Shown here: positions 12,001-25,000 of the stretch, in pieces | Layout of the letters: the number at the start of each line of letters is the position of its first letter | Position numbering within the stretch: position 1 is the first letter of the stretch | DNA from: Saccostrea echinata | Taxonomy: Eukaryota | Direction: 5' to 3' | DNA: 64,000 nucleotides | Assembly (NCBI RefSeq): GCF_033153115.1 | Contig: NW_026889763.1 | Span: 12,090,001 to 12,154,000 of the forward strand | The notes under the pieces: model-generated | Database searches by the model: none | Seen by the model: the letters and a program-made list of their open reading frames with translations, nothing else | What the model was told of the DNA's origin: nothing | Position numbers and translations under genes: made by a program

Positions 12001-13344
12001 TCTCGTTTAAAGACATCATTTCGTAAGTTCTATGGTCGATACAATGACCTTGTCAGCAAATACAATCTAGCTCTCACTAAGTCAAATGCTGACTGACTTT
12101 TTTCATACTAATTGTTAGGCCATTATTTACATACTGAATTGTCGACGGATTTTCCGTTATTTCCCGATCATGACAAGGAACACACGGCGGGTGTGACCGG
12201 TCGGCAGGGGATGCTCACTCCTCCATGGCACCTGATCCCACCTCTGATGTCATAGAGGTCCGTGTTTGCTCTGCTCCTATTTTGTAATGTTTAATGGACT
12301 TCTGAGCTGGAATACTGTTCGTTATCTCCACATATTTCATCTTTATATATGTTTTTCAGTGTATAATCTGTGACTCTCTATTGTGATTCCAGGCCTAGCT
12401 TCCAGAGGCCATTACTTGAACAAATTTGAACATACGCTTGGAGGATGTTCGTTTTCTGTCACCACCTTGTGACGTCATGTTTGATCATTAAAAAAAAAGA
12501 TGATGTATATTTTTGAATAATTATTTACAAAAAAAATGCATGTCTCTTGTATAAAAATTTGACGCACTTGTCTTATTTATTTTTTTAATTACAAATCATA
12601 TGCTTTGAACCTATCAGTCAACAAAAATATTCAAAAAAATTAATTAAAATCTGACGGAATTTGACGCTGTCAAATATCAAAGGTTTCTCGTAGCGTTGTT
12701 AAGTGGAAAATCTTGTTTCAACTCGATCAAGTACAAGGAAATGAAATGTGTTGAAGACGTGTACAAATAGGCCGATAGGAAGCAGTTTCAGATGGGGGTG
12801 GGGGTTGGGGGGGGGGCACACAATCAAACATTTTCAGGGCATACCACACAAAAACTTCTTGACTAGCAAAATTAACAGAAAAAGTCATCAAGGGTAATTA
12901 TAGAGGGTACATTTATAAAGAAACTTTGTTTCCAAAGTATTCTTTATATCAAATGTTGGAGAGTGGCGGAGAGAGCGGGCACGGCCTGGACAATGCAAAT
13001 ACTAAGCCTTATAACATGCCGTATGCACCTTTATGTTAACTGAAATAATTCTGCAACACAAAATAATTCTAATTAGGCATTTGTAAGAATATGCCCCTTT
13101 TGTTTGCTAATAACTTTAAATTTAGATTTAAATGAAGATAAATAATGAAATTCATGTCGTCTTTCATTAAAAATCCAGCATCCACCCCACCCCAGCCCAA
13201 AGTTACACACTATTTTAAGAAACTTCATATCAGCTATGTCTGCTTCCGGTAAGTATTCCCACTAAATCTTTAGTTTACTGTACGTATGTACACGTATTTT
13301 CAAAACTGGTAAGAATGATACTCACGTGAAAGGTAGCTCAACAT
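1..13344 (-). CDS. Secreted protein: signal peptide + 6-Cys module + bacterial-type beta-propeller-like domain (3' end runs off the window)
   Basis: Exons 13344-13326, 7796-7605, 2987-2724, 1085-968, 402-<1 all have GT-AG boundaries and compatible phases. They join to MLSYLSLFLVLFHCVSA-GQEKHWLC...EASGLVASR..LYTHNDSGD..DWEDMAVG..IYIGDVGGN..DTETLMIDP..GGDISPNG..EPQGEAVSWD..GYYTLS. Exon 1 assignment is the least certain. Confidence 0.8.
1115..1451. mobile_element. Zator/Harbinger-like MITE
   Basis: GGTCA.../...TGGCC termini with imperfect TIRs (TCTCCCGAC core); 3-bp TSD CAA (1112-1114, 1452-1454); resembles the element at 13861-16455. Confidence 0.6.
1575..2130. mobile_element. Kolobok-type non-autonomous element (possibly a solo terminal repeat)
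   Basis: TTAA on both sides; TIR AGGGGCTTGGACACAG / CTCTGTCCAGGCCCCT; 556 bp. Confidence 0.75.
3337..6087 (+). pseudogene. Sola-superfamily-like (probably Sola2) DDD transposase interrupted by a single in-frame TAG at 4186-4188
   Basis: ORFs 3337-4188 and 4312-6087 are in the same frame and the gap is open. Motifs HDFSENY, FCDGCQSQYKSRN, YFESSHGKGPQDAAGG; Cys clusters CCCRYH, CLERSCEKCG, SCYCDSC; basic N-terminus; intronless. Lies antisense in intron 2 of the secreted-protein gene. Confidence 0.75.
6900..7583 (-). mobile_element. Degenerate Helentron-type non-autonomous element
   Basis: Ends in GGTGAGCACTGTGGCCCATGGGCCTCTTGTTT, the reverse complement of the terminus seen at 32231; degenerate internal repeats; left boundary approximate. 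Confidence 0.55.
8850..10320 (+). mobile_element. 5'-truncated non-LTR retrotransposon (RTE-X-like LINE), decayed
   Basis: RT motif LLYADDVVLLS..GLQ..L..FC.KW.L.VN..KTK; KPILLYGSEIWG; SELGRFP; C-terminal RLRISSHRLKIETGRY..RIC..HF..C. In-frame stop at 9070-9072 and a frameshift near 9520-9540; AATAAA and a short simple-repeat tail near 10303-10320. Confidence 0.85.
10668..12450 (+). mobile_element. Degenerate Helentron-type element with satellite-like internal repeats, interrupted by a Penelope-like fragment
   Basis: 5' terminus ACAAGAGGGCTAAGGGCCTTAACGGTCACCTGAG; loose internal repeats (CCTGACC..GG..CAGGAATTTCA) at ~11245, 11415, 11585; right boundary approximate. Confidence 0.5.
11812..12340 (+). 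mobile_element. Penelope-like retroelement 3' fragment (Naiad-type: RT/thumb C-terminus with no downstream GIY-YIG)
   Basis: Frameshifted translation DFNFSIVNFPYLCSNIP/LSPAYRVYISQLIRYAR..FLKRGKLLTNKL..FRKFYGRY; the ORF ends after the thumb and is followed by a GC-rich structured segment. Confidence 0.75.
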
Positions 13345-14491
13345 CGCTTTCTCCCAAATATATACTGACTCGACTTAGTGCAAAAGATTTATGTATGCTA
13401 ATTAATGCACATGTTGACATGGGAAAATGATGACATTTGTTTCTTACCAATCTGATTGTTTTACTGTTTTCAGGACATTTATTCGTCACATGATGTTTTG
13501 ATCATTTTTTTTAAACTTCTAAAGTCACTCAAAGAATTAAACCAATTATAATATATATATGGTAGTTAATCACAACGATGTAAAATACTTTTGTTATATG
13601 TATATGATTGTTAGTAGAGTTATTTATTTTATTCGGTACTTTATTTTATAATATATACAAGTATCAATATATATGTGCCACAATCGCGGACTTCAATTTT
13701 ATGACATTCCATTTTTTTCAAGGTTAAGTGTCAATCTATGTCTTTCTGACAGCCAAATCCAATAAGCGATGCAAAATCCATAAACAGAATTTAAGTGTTT
13801 TTATTTGTAATATTTAGAATTTACGATTATGTAACACATACATAAAAGATGCATGGATTGGGCCAAAATAAAAAATACCTTTGTTTCCCCTAACGCGACC
13901 GACCCAATTAAAATGCGCCGACTGGAATTTTTTTTTTACATAAGATTATTCAAATATTTTTTTTATGTTTGTTATTTTTCATAAAATAAAATTCCATCCA
14001 AATCCCTTTTTATCAGAACGACTGATTTTGTTCTGTGATTTTCAAGTGTTTGTTGTAAACAAAATGGCGCTCAAACATGTCGTCACGGAGGGCGTAGTTC
14101 GTCACTTCGTGTTTTAAAAGAAAGGCGACATATCAACCTTATGCCTTTAGCATATAAGAATCATACACTCTTGAAACACTTTGTTAATAAATTATAATAT
14201 GCAATGACTTATTACGAGTGTTTCGGTTGTATTTACTAACCTGTCTTAAAATTAAGGTACGTAGAGAGCATGCTAAGGTCCGTAAGCCCTCCTTATGATA
14301 CCCCTTATGAGCAGACAAAGGGCCCACCTTGTGAACACACCAATCAATTTCACTGCATTTTATTTGAGTTTCATCTTAAAAACAGTTCATCAATATTCCT
14401 ATGTTTACTATATGGGACCATCAGAGTTGAAAATAAGTCTGCATATTTCATCCTAATAAATACATGTAGAATTCAAACATCCTTTCTTTAT

Positions 14492-15601
14492 CACAGGCAC
14501 TTGGGGTATGGACCCCCCCCCCCCTTTTCCATTTTTTTTCTTTTTAAATCTGGGGTCGAGTCACCTTTTTCCTAGTTTTGTATTCTAATATGCACTGTAT
14601 GTTATCAATAATGTAACTCTTTTGTCTCTATAAGCTGTTTTTAAATATATCGTTTTCGACTGATACATAAAAAGAGAGGAGGCTTGCAACTCTTTTCTCA
14701 TCGTCTGCCTCACCTCGCTTAAACTTCGCCTGATTATTTATCGAAAGAATAAGAAAACATGGAATATGCATACATCAATAAATTCGTTATACATTCTTCT
14801 TCCTTTTCATATTTCCATTTAATTTTTATGTGCCCCCGATTTGTAAATATTTCGATTAAATCACCCGCATCTAGGGTAAATTTTGTTGATGTGCACCAGC
14901 TGGGACGGAAGTGCCCGGTATTTTCGGGTATCATCATTATGTGTAATGTCATTCGGAACATTAAATGCGAGAAGGAATAAATCCCGAATTTTCTCTTCAT
15001 ATGACATGTAACGGTAAGTTCTGTGAATAACAAGATAACTTTAACTAGCAAATTCTAATGGATGAATATTAACTTTTAACAGACGACCTAGACAACCAAA
15101 TTTCACAATACTGTTATTGCAAAGCCTTGAATTTTTTTTTTTAATGCAGAACATTTATAAAGTTAGAGTTACCGTTATTGCACTTCCGTCCCAGCTGGTG
15201 CACATCAACAAAATTTACCCTAGATGCGGGTGATTTAATCGAAATATTTACAAATCGGGGGCACATAAAAATTAAATGGAAATATGAAAAGGAAGAAGAA
15301 TGTATAACGAATTTATTGATGTATGCATATTCCATGTTTTCTTATTCTTTCGATAAATAATCAGGCGAAGTTTAAGCGAGGTGAGGCAGACGATGAGAAA
15401 AGAGTTGCAAGCCTTCTCTCTTTTTATGTATCAGTCGAAAACGATATATTTAAAAACAGCTTATAGAGACAAAAGAGTTACATTATTGATAACATACAGT
15501 GCATATTAGAATACAAAACTAGGAAAAAGGTGACTCGACCCCAGATTTAAAAAGAAAAAAAAATGGAAAGGGGGGGGGGGTCCATACCCCAAGTGCCTGT
15601 G
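14492..15601. mobile_element. Foldback-type non-autonomous DNA transposon with ~422-bp TIRs and 8-bp TSD
   Basis: 14492-14914 is a near-perfect inverted copy of 15180-15601; CACAG...CTGTG termini; TSD TTCTTTAT at 14484-14491 and 15602-15609. Confidence 0.95.
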
Positions 15602-15834
15602 TTCTTTATGCCTTTTTATTCATCGTTCATGGATTAAACTTCGTAACTTTGAATTGTTTATGACATTTCTTCATATTTTGATATGGTTTGTCTCAATTAA
15701 ATATTGTTAGCATACTTTTTCCAAATAGATTTGAAGTTATGATACACGTCTGTGTATTTTCCTTTAATAAGGCCCTCAAAGATTGGTTGTTTCTTTATTT
15801 GAACTCCTTTGATAATAGTTGGGACAAAAAACAT

Positions 15835-16080
15835 TTATTTAAACATTTGTCTGGAGAAGGGGCTCCAAACTAAGACTTGTACGCAGCACTTTAGGCCATT
15901 GAGCATTGGGGGATCTTTTTTGTGCCAGTATCCGCTGTGATACTGGACCTGATTAAGTTTTTTAAGTCTCATTCGAAGAACCGGTTTCAACGTCCCGCAT
16001 TTGGATATGAACCTGCAACTTATAAATAGCTCCCTTCTTCGAGACTCCAAAACGAAATGCTCTAGAACCACTGCACAAGT
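15835..16080 (-). mobile_element. Degenerate tRNA-derived SINE
   Basis: Resembles a common bivalve SINE body (AGGGGCT..GGCCATTGAGCA..GGGATCTT..GTGCCA..GCTGTGA), with remnant B-box/A-box-like head on the minus strand. Confidence 0.5.
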
Positions 16081-16791
16081 CGAAGGTCTTGAAAAATTAC
16101 ATTGCATGTGTAGTATAGGTATGAAAAATATACTCTTTGAGTACTGAAGAATCTTTTAAAGATGTATTTGATTTCAACAAATTTACTATGGTATGAGATA
16201 TTTCACAAGTTCGATTAAATAACAGTTGTGAATTAATATACCTTAAATGGTGAGTTTAAGGCATTTGTATGGTATTCTAGCTGTTAACAAATCGCTTTTT
16301 TGTACTTATTTATAAAAGTATCATTCCATTAAATTTTGAGAATGATTTTTCAAAGCTGCTGTCAAAAAAAAAAAAAAATTATTTGCCTACCTACCTACCC
16401 ACCTTGAGATTTTAGGGTCGGGTTAGGGGAAACAAAGATATTTTTAATGGTGGCCTTGACTTTTTTTAATGATTTTAAATAAAAATGACATAGATCTAAA
16501 TAATAGATTCCTAAAATATGAAGAAATCGTAGGATTTCTCTGTTTAAATATGCGACTTTGTCAGTTTTCTATGCAATTTTTTCATACATTTCATAACGTT
16601 ATTACAAATTCTTACAAAATTTGCACACTTTCCTTGGCAAAATTTTTTCAGGTTAATATATATATAAACATAATTCTAACAGATATATTGCCGATTTCTG
16701 AGAAAAAAAGTTTAATTGTGCACATTTTATCCTATTTCATCATATCACTGTCGAGAATTCGCAAAATTTTACCACGAGATATCCATATAAT

Positions 16792-16853
16792 AATTAGATG
16801 TTCCGAATTCGCTACCGTTTGAGAAGCGGTATAGCGGATTCGGAACATCTAAT
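16792..16853. repeat. Short palindromic element (~28-bp arms)
   Basis: ATTAGATGTTCCGAATTCGCTA..CCG / CGG..TAGCGGATTCGGAACATCTAAT. Confidence 0.85.
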
Positions 16854-17408
16854 ATTAATTAGATTGATATAATTAGGTAATATAGCTTAAAAAGTGCTTT
16901 AATATGACTTTTAATTAAATCTGTGTTTAATGTTTATGATTGGTAGTGTGAATAAGTAGGTATAGACTTTTAAGATTGATAAAATGCCCCTTTCCCGTCC
17001 GCCTTAAAGTATATCCACCCTTCTAGTCTAAGAGTAAGTTACAGAAGAACAGTCTGTCCGCAAAATATCTCAGAAAAGTTGTGAACATCGCGATCAATCC
17101 ACTCACTTATGATTATCCCTATAAAGAAACATACAATTTCTTTATAGATTTTCCCGTATCGTTTCAGACAATATTATTTGTTATACCTTTAAAAATTAGT
17201 TCCTGTATAAACCCATAATAAAAAAAGTCTAACATTTCTAATCTTTTACTGCGGGTCATAAAAATCGATGTTTGACCGCAGAGTGAGATGTTGGACCTAT
17301 GGACGAGATATTGGACAGCTTACGTCACACTGTGGGCGGGATCAGCTAAATCATATTTGCATTGGTTGGTTGGTATGGAAGCCAGCAAAAGATACATGTA
17401 TAACAAAA

Positions 17409-17439
<31 letters not shown>

Positions 17440-17471
17440 TAAATAAATAAATAAAAGGTATAACAAAATAT

Positions 17472-17606
17472 TTATTGACGGGGTTCTCGGGCAAAATGCA
17501 TTTTGTCGACCCCTCGAACCAAACTGTTTGCCTGAGGACCGAAGGCAAACAGTTTGGTTCCTGGGTCCGACAAATCGCATGTTGCCCGAGAACCCAGTCA
17601 ATAAAT
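17472..17606. repeat. Palindromic MITE-like hairpin
   Basis: ATTTATTGAC-GGGTTCTCGGGCAA...GAACCAAACTGTTTGCCT / AGGCAAACAGTTTGGTTC...TTGCCCGAGAACCCAGTCAATAAAT. Confidence 0.85.
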
Positions 17607-19047
17607 GTATAACGTATTCCTTTACAGTTGTACAAACTTTATACATGTAATTACATATATACGATCCGATGATGAAACTTCCCGACGGATTCATGAATAT
17701 GTCTAATCAAAATAACTTCAATCTCTTAACCCATTTTTTTTTTCATCCGATTCTCCAACTTACAAGAATATTTCATGCACTGAGATCAGTATACAATGTA
17801 CATTTATATATACGGACCGTTCCCGACACATTTATTTGCAGCATTTTATTTAAAAGGGGGGGGGGTCTAAAACACGATTTTGAATTTGACTTGTCCATTT
17901 AAAATGCAATGTTTGCATATCGTATAAAATACTGATTTACAACTAAAACATTTTTGAAGCACTTTTCTCCATTTTACTACTTATTTCCAACAAGTCTATC
18001 GGAGCATTGAATTCCATTTGAATCATAAATGCATCTGAATATAAATATTTTAAATATTTTATTCTGGACACATTTTGCACTTACAATCTCAACTTAATCA
18101 TAATTTCAAAAACTACATTGCAGCCTATAACAGTTATAAGGAATCATTCTAAAACATCTATCGGGACATAAATATGTTTTGCTAATTACATTAGAAATTA
18201 TTTGGTAATGATTTATACGTTTTTTTTTGTTTTTTTTTTGGGGGGGGGGGGGGGTTAGAAAGGAGGAAAGAGGATATAGCAGAATGAATTTACAAGTAAA
18301 TGATGCACATATAAGTTTCATCTGAAATTCCTAAATGAAGATTTACAAATACACACTAGTATTTCTGTGTCACTTTTAAACACATGTACACATATCACAA
18401 AAACAGTTTTTTTCATAGGTGTAAAAACGCTTCAAGTCAAAGGGGCGAGGTGTAAAACTCTGTAAACATCTTGTTGAATCTGAATGTACTCCCACTTAGA
18501 ACCCACAATTATCCCCACATATCCTGTGCATGAAAACTTGAGTGTCAATGACTTAATATTGCAATCCAACTTTTTGTACAATCAGATAAAAACATTCCAA
18601 CTGATAACTTATAAAACCTGCAGATCATGACTTTTACTTAAATGTAATTTATCTTGAAAACAATTTTACACTGTTCAGAGTAGCTCAAAAAATTTATGAA
18701 TTTGTGAATGAAACTCTCCTGATGATATACATGTATATGTCCTATATGAACACTTTTTAAAGTGAATAATATTTGTACACTCTTAATTACTTCTTCTCCA
18801 TTTGTCTTTTAGTGAGTCCATCCCACATGGATTCCAGACCGGCCTTTCTTCTCATACATTTTCAAATACTGAGTAAATTTCTAGTATGCCATTCAACCTT
18901 GATGAGTTGATCAAGTCTGCATTTTGTTCTGCTTTCGTGATTTTTAACAGAATTACATCATTAAGACTTTAAGCCTTTTAAAGGGAAACAAGTCTATGGA
19001 TGCTGAAAGGGGATTAATACTGCTTACACAATACTCTGAAGTATATG

Positions 19048-22000
19048 TTACTTTGACTGCTGTTGGGTTGTACCAATACTACATTGCTTGACCTGGAAAG
19101 AGAATATACAAAAGTTTATCTTAATTTTGTAAATAATGACATTTACATAAATGTTTATTTTGAATAATCTTGTAAATACAGTAAAACTTGGTTATAAAGG
19201 ACTTACTTATAAGGAAATCTCAGTTAATAAGGAAATGTTTCTGAAACCCTTAGGAGACTTTGCACTATGTCCTTATGTTCTTAATATGGATATAAACTGG
19301 GTTATATGGAGTCCCACTGACTTCATTATAACCAAAATTTGTTGTAATTATATTTACATAAATATAAATATTAAATAGGCAATGACATTTGCATATACTA
19401 TATAGATTTTTCTTTTTACATTATTTTGGTCATTTACTTGAAGCGTCAAGAGAACAGGAGAATATTGACCAATACTATAGCCCTCAAGGGGTTATGGCTT
19501 AAACAAACTTGAATCCACAATACACGGGGATTATATCAGTGCAACAGACCTTGTTGTTCTGGAAGAAGATTTTTTTATTATGTAAATTTGATCTCCTATT
19601 TTATTTAGCCTGATCTAAGCTTCAGTGTCCATAATTCATACAAACTTGAATTCATACAATATACAAATCTTCGCATATCAATATGACAGGGTGGCATCCT
19701 GAACTCTCATTTTTTTAATATTCCTACATGTATAAAAACTATATTCCCATGATCTTTGCTTGAATCAAGAATGTGTGACTGGGGCTATAAAAAGAAGCTT
19801 TTAATCTTTTCTAGCTCAGCAGTTCTTGAGAAGAAGTGATCCCACCCTATTTTTGCCTTTTCTTGATCATCTCCTCTTGGAAGAAAGCATGGCCCTTCAT
19901 TTGAACAAACTTAAATCCCCTTCAACCAGAGATGCTTTCCAAAAGTGAATGAATTTAATCCCTTGATTCAAAAGAAGACGATGAAAATGGGAAAAGTTTA
20001 AGATGACGATAGCAACAAAGAGGACATTAATAGTAAACAAATTTTGATCAGAAAAGCTCCCATGAGCATTTGGCTTTGGTGAGCTAAAGAGCATACATGT
20101 ACTTAGTTACAAAAAAATATTTGTAGACACTGACCCTTGTGGCAAACCTAAGGGAACTGAGGGTTTCCTCGAAACACTCCTCCTTGGGGGACACATTTAC
20201 AATCACCACAGTCTTACTGCTGTTTTCTCCCAGGGAGTTTTGGAGAAGGTATGTCAGTTTAGACTCCCTATATGGGATAAATCTATCCTGTGACAGGAAT
20301 TTCATCTTTAATCATTTTGACTAATACAGATTCACGTACATGCAATATGTGTAAAATCTAATAAACAATTTAATTTTGTTCAGAAAATAAAGTCTAAATA
20401 ATAATAATGCTGAGAAGTGATTATATTGCTCTTCACATTTTAATCTTAAACTGTGAAATCCTGATCAGACATTCCCCATGGATCAATGGCTTCATACTAT
20501 TATGAAATGGAGTAATGTTATTTATTTAGTCTGACAATGTTTTTACACTAACCTTATTAGCGATGGCCATGAAGACTTTACCCAGTGTATTACAACTCTT
20601 GCCGATGGATTGAGCCTCTTTAAGTCTGGCTCCCTCTAATCCTGATTCCTTTAGTCTCTCACTGCCATCCAAATCCACGAAGTTCAAGGTTCCTGGAAAA
20701 TGTAAGGATTTTCCATGAATAATAACCATAAGCATCAACAGATTGTGGTTAAAATATGAAAAATTAATCAATTAACATATTTAAAATCTAGTCTTACCTG
20801 TACAAGCCTCATGTGTGTTTTTGTTGACCCCTGAGATGTGGAGTCTGAATACAGTTTGGCTGCGAGATGATCGCTCGTTATACTTAACCTCTAATACATC
20901 ACGGTTGTGTGAGGCTTTACGTAGTAATTCACGCACCTAAATATTATTTTTACAACATATGTATGGACATACTAATAAAAAATTACAAAATATTTATACA
21001 GTCCATGTAGAGGAAGGGTTGTATGGATGTGTAGTGAAGTTTACACCAGAATCCTTGGCTATATATTTAATTTGAATTTTAATATGGATACCATAATTGT
21101 CTCATGTATAAGTTGTGGAATTTTAAGTAAATGTATATTGTACAGATGATACAGGTACATATAGTATACGTAGGTGTGACCATTTCATTTTGAGAGAGAG
21201 ATAAGGAGAGATAATGAGATAGAGAGATAAAGAGATATATAAGGAGAGAAACTTGCCCACTAAATACCTGTTCCTCTGATGTGACTGTCACAGATGTTAA
21301 ATCGGTCACCATCACATCTTTCTTATCCACTGACCCCGTCATCATGGACATCTTGATTTGGTGCTTTAGGTCATCACTGTTATTTCCAAGGAGATCTCGA
21401 ATTCTCTCTTTGTAAATTTTTAGGAATGAAGCCTCTAATTCATACTGTGAAAATATGAATATAAAAACTCATATAAATCTGTCAGCCAAAATTTGTATGG
21501 TAAACAGACAGCATATGAATGTACAATGCAAAATGTTCACAGAGAGGGATTGAATAGCAGACAAACTCTACTGGAGCCCTAACATATCTCCCACGGCACC
21601 ATCAGTTTTATGTGTTACATTATTAAATAGTTCTAGATACTGATAACATTCCACTTTCTTCCAACCACAGACAGTTTCTTGTCAGGGACCAACCTACACC
21701 CAAAGTTTGAAGAGACATGATCTCTCTCAGAGCAAATCACTGAGCCATAATACATTAGGGCTCAAAATAATTGATATGGCCTGCTGGTCTGGGGCCAGTA
21801 AATTTTGGATTGAGCTAGTGCTTTGTAGAAAGCATGTGTCATTGGGACCAGTGATTATTTCATTTTTTTATGCATATCAACATCAATTCACAGTCAGGCT
21901 AGTTAACTAGACAATTTGTGCATCCACTAGGTTCTATTTGGGTGCGAACAATTCCTTGTTTTGGTAGGTTGTACATGTACTATGATTAAATAACGCGATG

Positions 22001-25000
22001 TAAATTCAATACCACAAATATTTTTAAGAACAAATTTTCTTGAGGAGTATATTCTTAAACACTGTAATATTGTTTTTAAATGCTGTTTCATCATAGTGAA
22101 TAAGATATGATGCATCATAAAAACAAGAAATATGTGAAGTAAACAATTAAGAACATACACAACGTAGTTTGAAATTTATTGCCTTTTTCCCTGGAGTTGA
22201 AGAGTTCCAATACTTAACAAAACTGTGCTATATTTTAATGCCTATATAATATGCTGTTGTACACTTCTTCTAAAACAAGTTTGGATAAACAAAACATCTA
22301 GAATTTATGTTTAGTAATTTTTGTATATTTTCCCTTGAATTATACAAGAATTTTCATCAATCAAATTTTTTTTAAAACCCCTGATAATGCATGCTAATTT
22401 TTTGTCTACGAACATCTGATGGCATTTTAATCTTAAATTAAGAAGATCCTGAAAAATTATCAGTTGGTAAGATATGTTGCATATGTCCTTAAGGGCTATT
22501 CAGAATCAGAAAGTGGCACTACTAAAGGTGATTAAGAATAAAGATTCGGTGGTAATGAAATATGATTTATTTTAACTGTTGGTTATTAAAATTGGAAAAT
22601 AAACTCATGGTTACATTAAATGTAGTCTGATTTTTATCCCCTTTGCAACAAAGTTGGAGTGAATGTAGTAATATGCTTGTGTATGTTTAGGTGAATGTTT
22701 GCATAACGGAATTTACGCAAGGAATAATTTATATTGGGATTGATGTGCTCTTTTGCGAGTGGATGCTCTGCCTTGCAATGCCTTTGTTTGGTCTAGTCTT
22801 TTTCACACCTACTAGCCCAGTGGGACAGTGATAGTTATTGACTGACTAGTAAAATTTTAAGTTGATAGCCCAAGTGACCAGTGAAAAAAAATATCATTTT
22901 GAGCCCTGTTACATGTACTAAAGCTTTAACGTAGAACCTACGTCGTATGACGTCATAGTTAAGTGAACGAATGCAAGACTGTCTCAGCTAATGAAAATAC
23001 ACAACTGTGATAAGTGAATGACATGCAACTATTTTGAAGGAATGCAAAGTTGCAAAGAAATCTTCAGTCGACTATTAAATAGTGCAATATCTTGATGATA
23101 TATATCCTCTGAGTCTTAAATTTATCAAAGATTGTGTTTAATGTTTGTAATGTCTATTATGAAATGAAATGTATTTATTTTCATAATTATTTCTTAATTA
23201 TTTACTTGGATTTTTAGTGGTTCGTGTATAATAATAACATTTCGCTAAAATATTAATTTCTAAAGAGAGATTTTCATTTTTTGATAACTATTCATATTGT
23301 AAATCTGAAAGTATCACCAAAACATTCATTTAATCATGAAATCCTGTGTAAGTGCAAAAAGGTCAACATGTCTAGTATTGATAAAAAAAACACCTCTCTC
23401 ATTAGTTTGCGGGGTATGGTATATATTTTAATCATTTTTCGTAATCATTTGGGTATGTTCTTCATCATATTAAGGATTGAAAACACTGTCACAAAGACTT
23501 TTGCGAAATATTTACAAATTTAGGGTTGTAGATGGACTAAAAAATCCTTTAAAAAATACTGAGCACATTTGCGTATATTTATTGAAATGTGGATTTAATC
23601 TTTTATGTCAATTTAAGAATAACCATTTTAATTTTTAGTAATAGTTCTAACCATTCTTAGTTAAAGTCTATAAACAAAGGTGTTTGAAGAAGTATTTTTG
23701 TGATTTTCTGTATTCTCCTTATGACCATGTACCCCTAAAATGGCTGAAAATTATAGTTGCCGTGTATAATAATCATTCTAAATTGCACCGGCTGCACTAC
23801 ATTCAATAACATGGAAATATGCCATGTATTTTTAACTGATTAATAAGCAAGTGCTAATTACTCATTTAGAAAATCCTGTGACAAAGACTTTTCCGACATA
23901 GGTTCTACCTTAAACACATTCTTTTCATTTTTAGATCCATCTTCACTGACTTAATACACTAGATAATGCACAATATAATCCAAACTCCTACATGTACACT
24001 ACTACATGTACACTACTTGTCCAAACACCTACATGTATAACAACTATTTGTACTTGCATGAGAACAAAAATAAAGCCACCTACCTGCCAACCTTTGCTGA
24101 TCAGGTCCTGGGTACTCTCAAATATCTGAACCACAGCCCTGGGGATAATTCCAGCCTGCTCCGGGCTGAACTGCAAAGGTCCCTCCATTGTGTGTGTCTT
24201 ACCTGAGCCAGTTTGTCCATAGGCAAAAATACAGACATTGTACCCATCTAAAGCACTCTGTAGATGATACTATGTATATAAATTACTCATTCTGCATAGT
24301 AAACATGTATATTACACAATTCTCTGATATTTACAATGTGTTTTTTTTTCTCCTTTTTAGTGTGAAATAAATAAGGCTCTGTAAAGTTTGAGTTTTAAAG
24401 TAATTCTGTGAAAATTAAATGGTACGTCTCCTCCCCCAACCCCCTCTTGTGCAATCCTAGCTGTTTCAATTTTTTCTATCCCAAGGCATAGTATTTATCT
24501 ATTACCTTGACTTTCATATCACATTTCTGCTCATTTGAAATAAATCCCATATACTTTAATTCAAATTTCTATTTTGTTGCAATTGTGGTGAGAGAAAATA
24601 AAGTCAGTTAAAGCACTTAATCACTCATCTGTTTTCCCCTTACCCTCTTACAGGGATGTCATCCCTAGAATCCCCTTACACTCTTACAGGGAGGTCATTC
24701 CAAGAAAAATACCAGCAGAGGGGGGAAGGGGGAGGGAGATAAATGGTGTCAACTGCACCAGGCAGATATATGTATCCGTACCTGTACAAATTGACATATT
24801 TCCTCAAACACCTGAGCTTGGGTGCTGTCAGGGTTAAATACCCTGTCAAAGGTAAACTTGTACTTTCCTTTCCTGTTTTCTGTCAAACAACCCTATATGA
24901 TAATAACATGAAAATGATAGTAAACTCAGACTGGTGAAAACTACAAGGTACTTTATTATTTTTATCTAACATGATATTTTTTTTCAATCAAACTCTTAAA

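Larger units (their letters stand above)
13861..16455. mobile_element. Zator/Harbinger-like non-autonomous DNA transposon hosting nested insertions
   Basis: ~40-bp TIR GGCCA..AAAAATA.CTTTGTTTCCCCTAAC.CGACC at both ends; 3-bp TSD TTG. Confidence 0.75.

Noticed and set aside
14734-15360. Mirror-image ORF pairs (MEYAYINKF...)
   Set aside because: By-products of the long inverted repeat; no protein features
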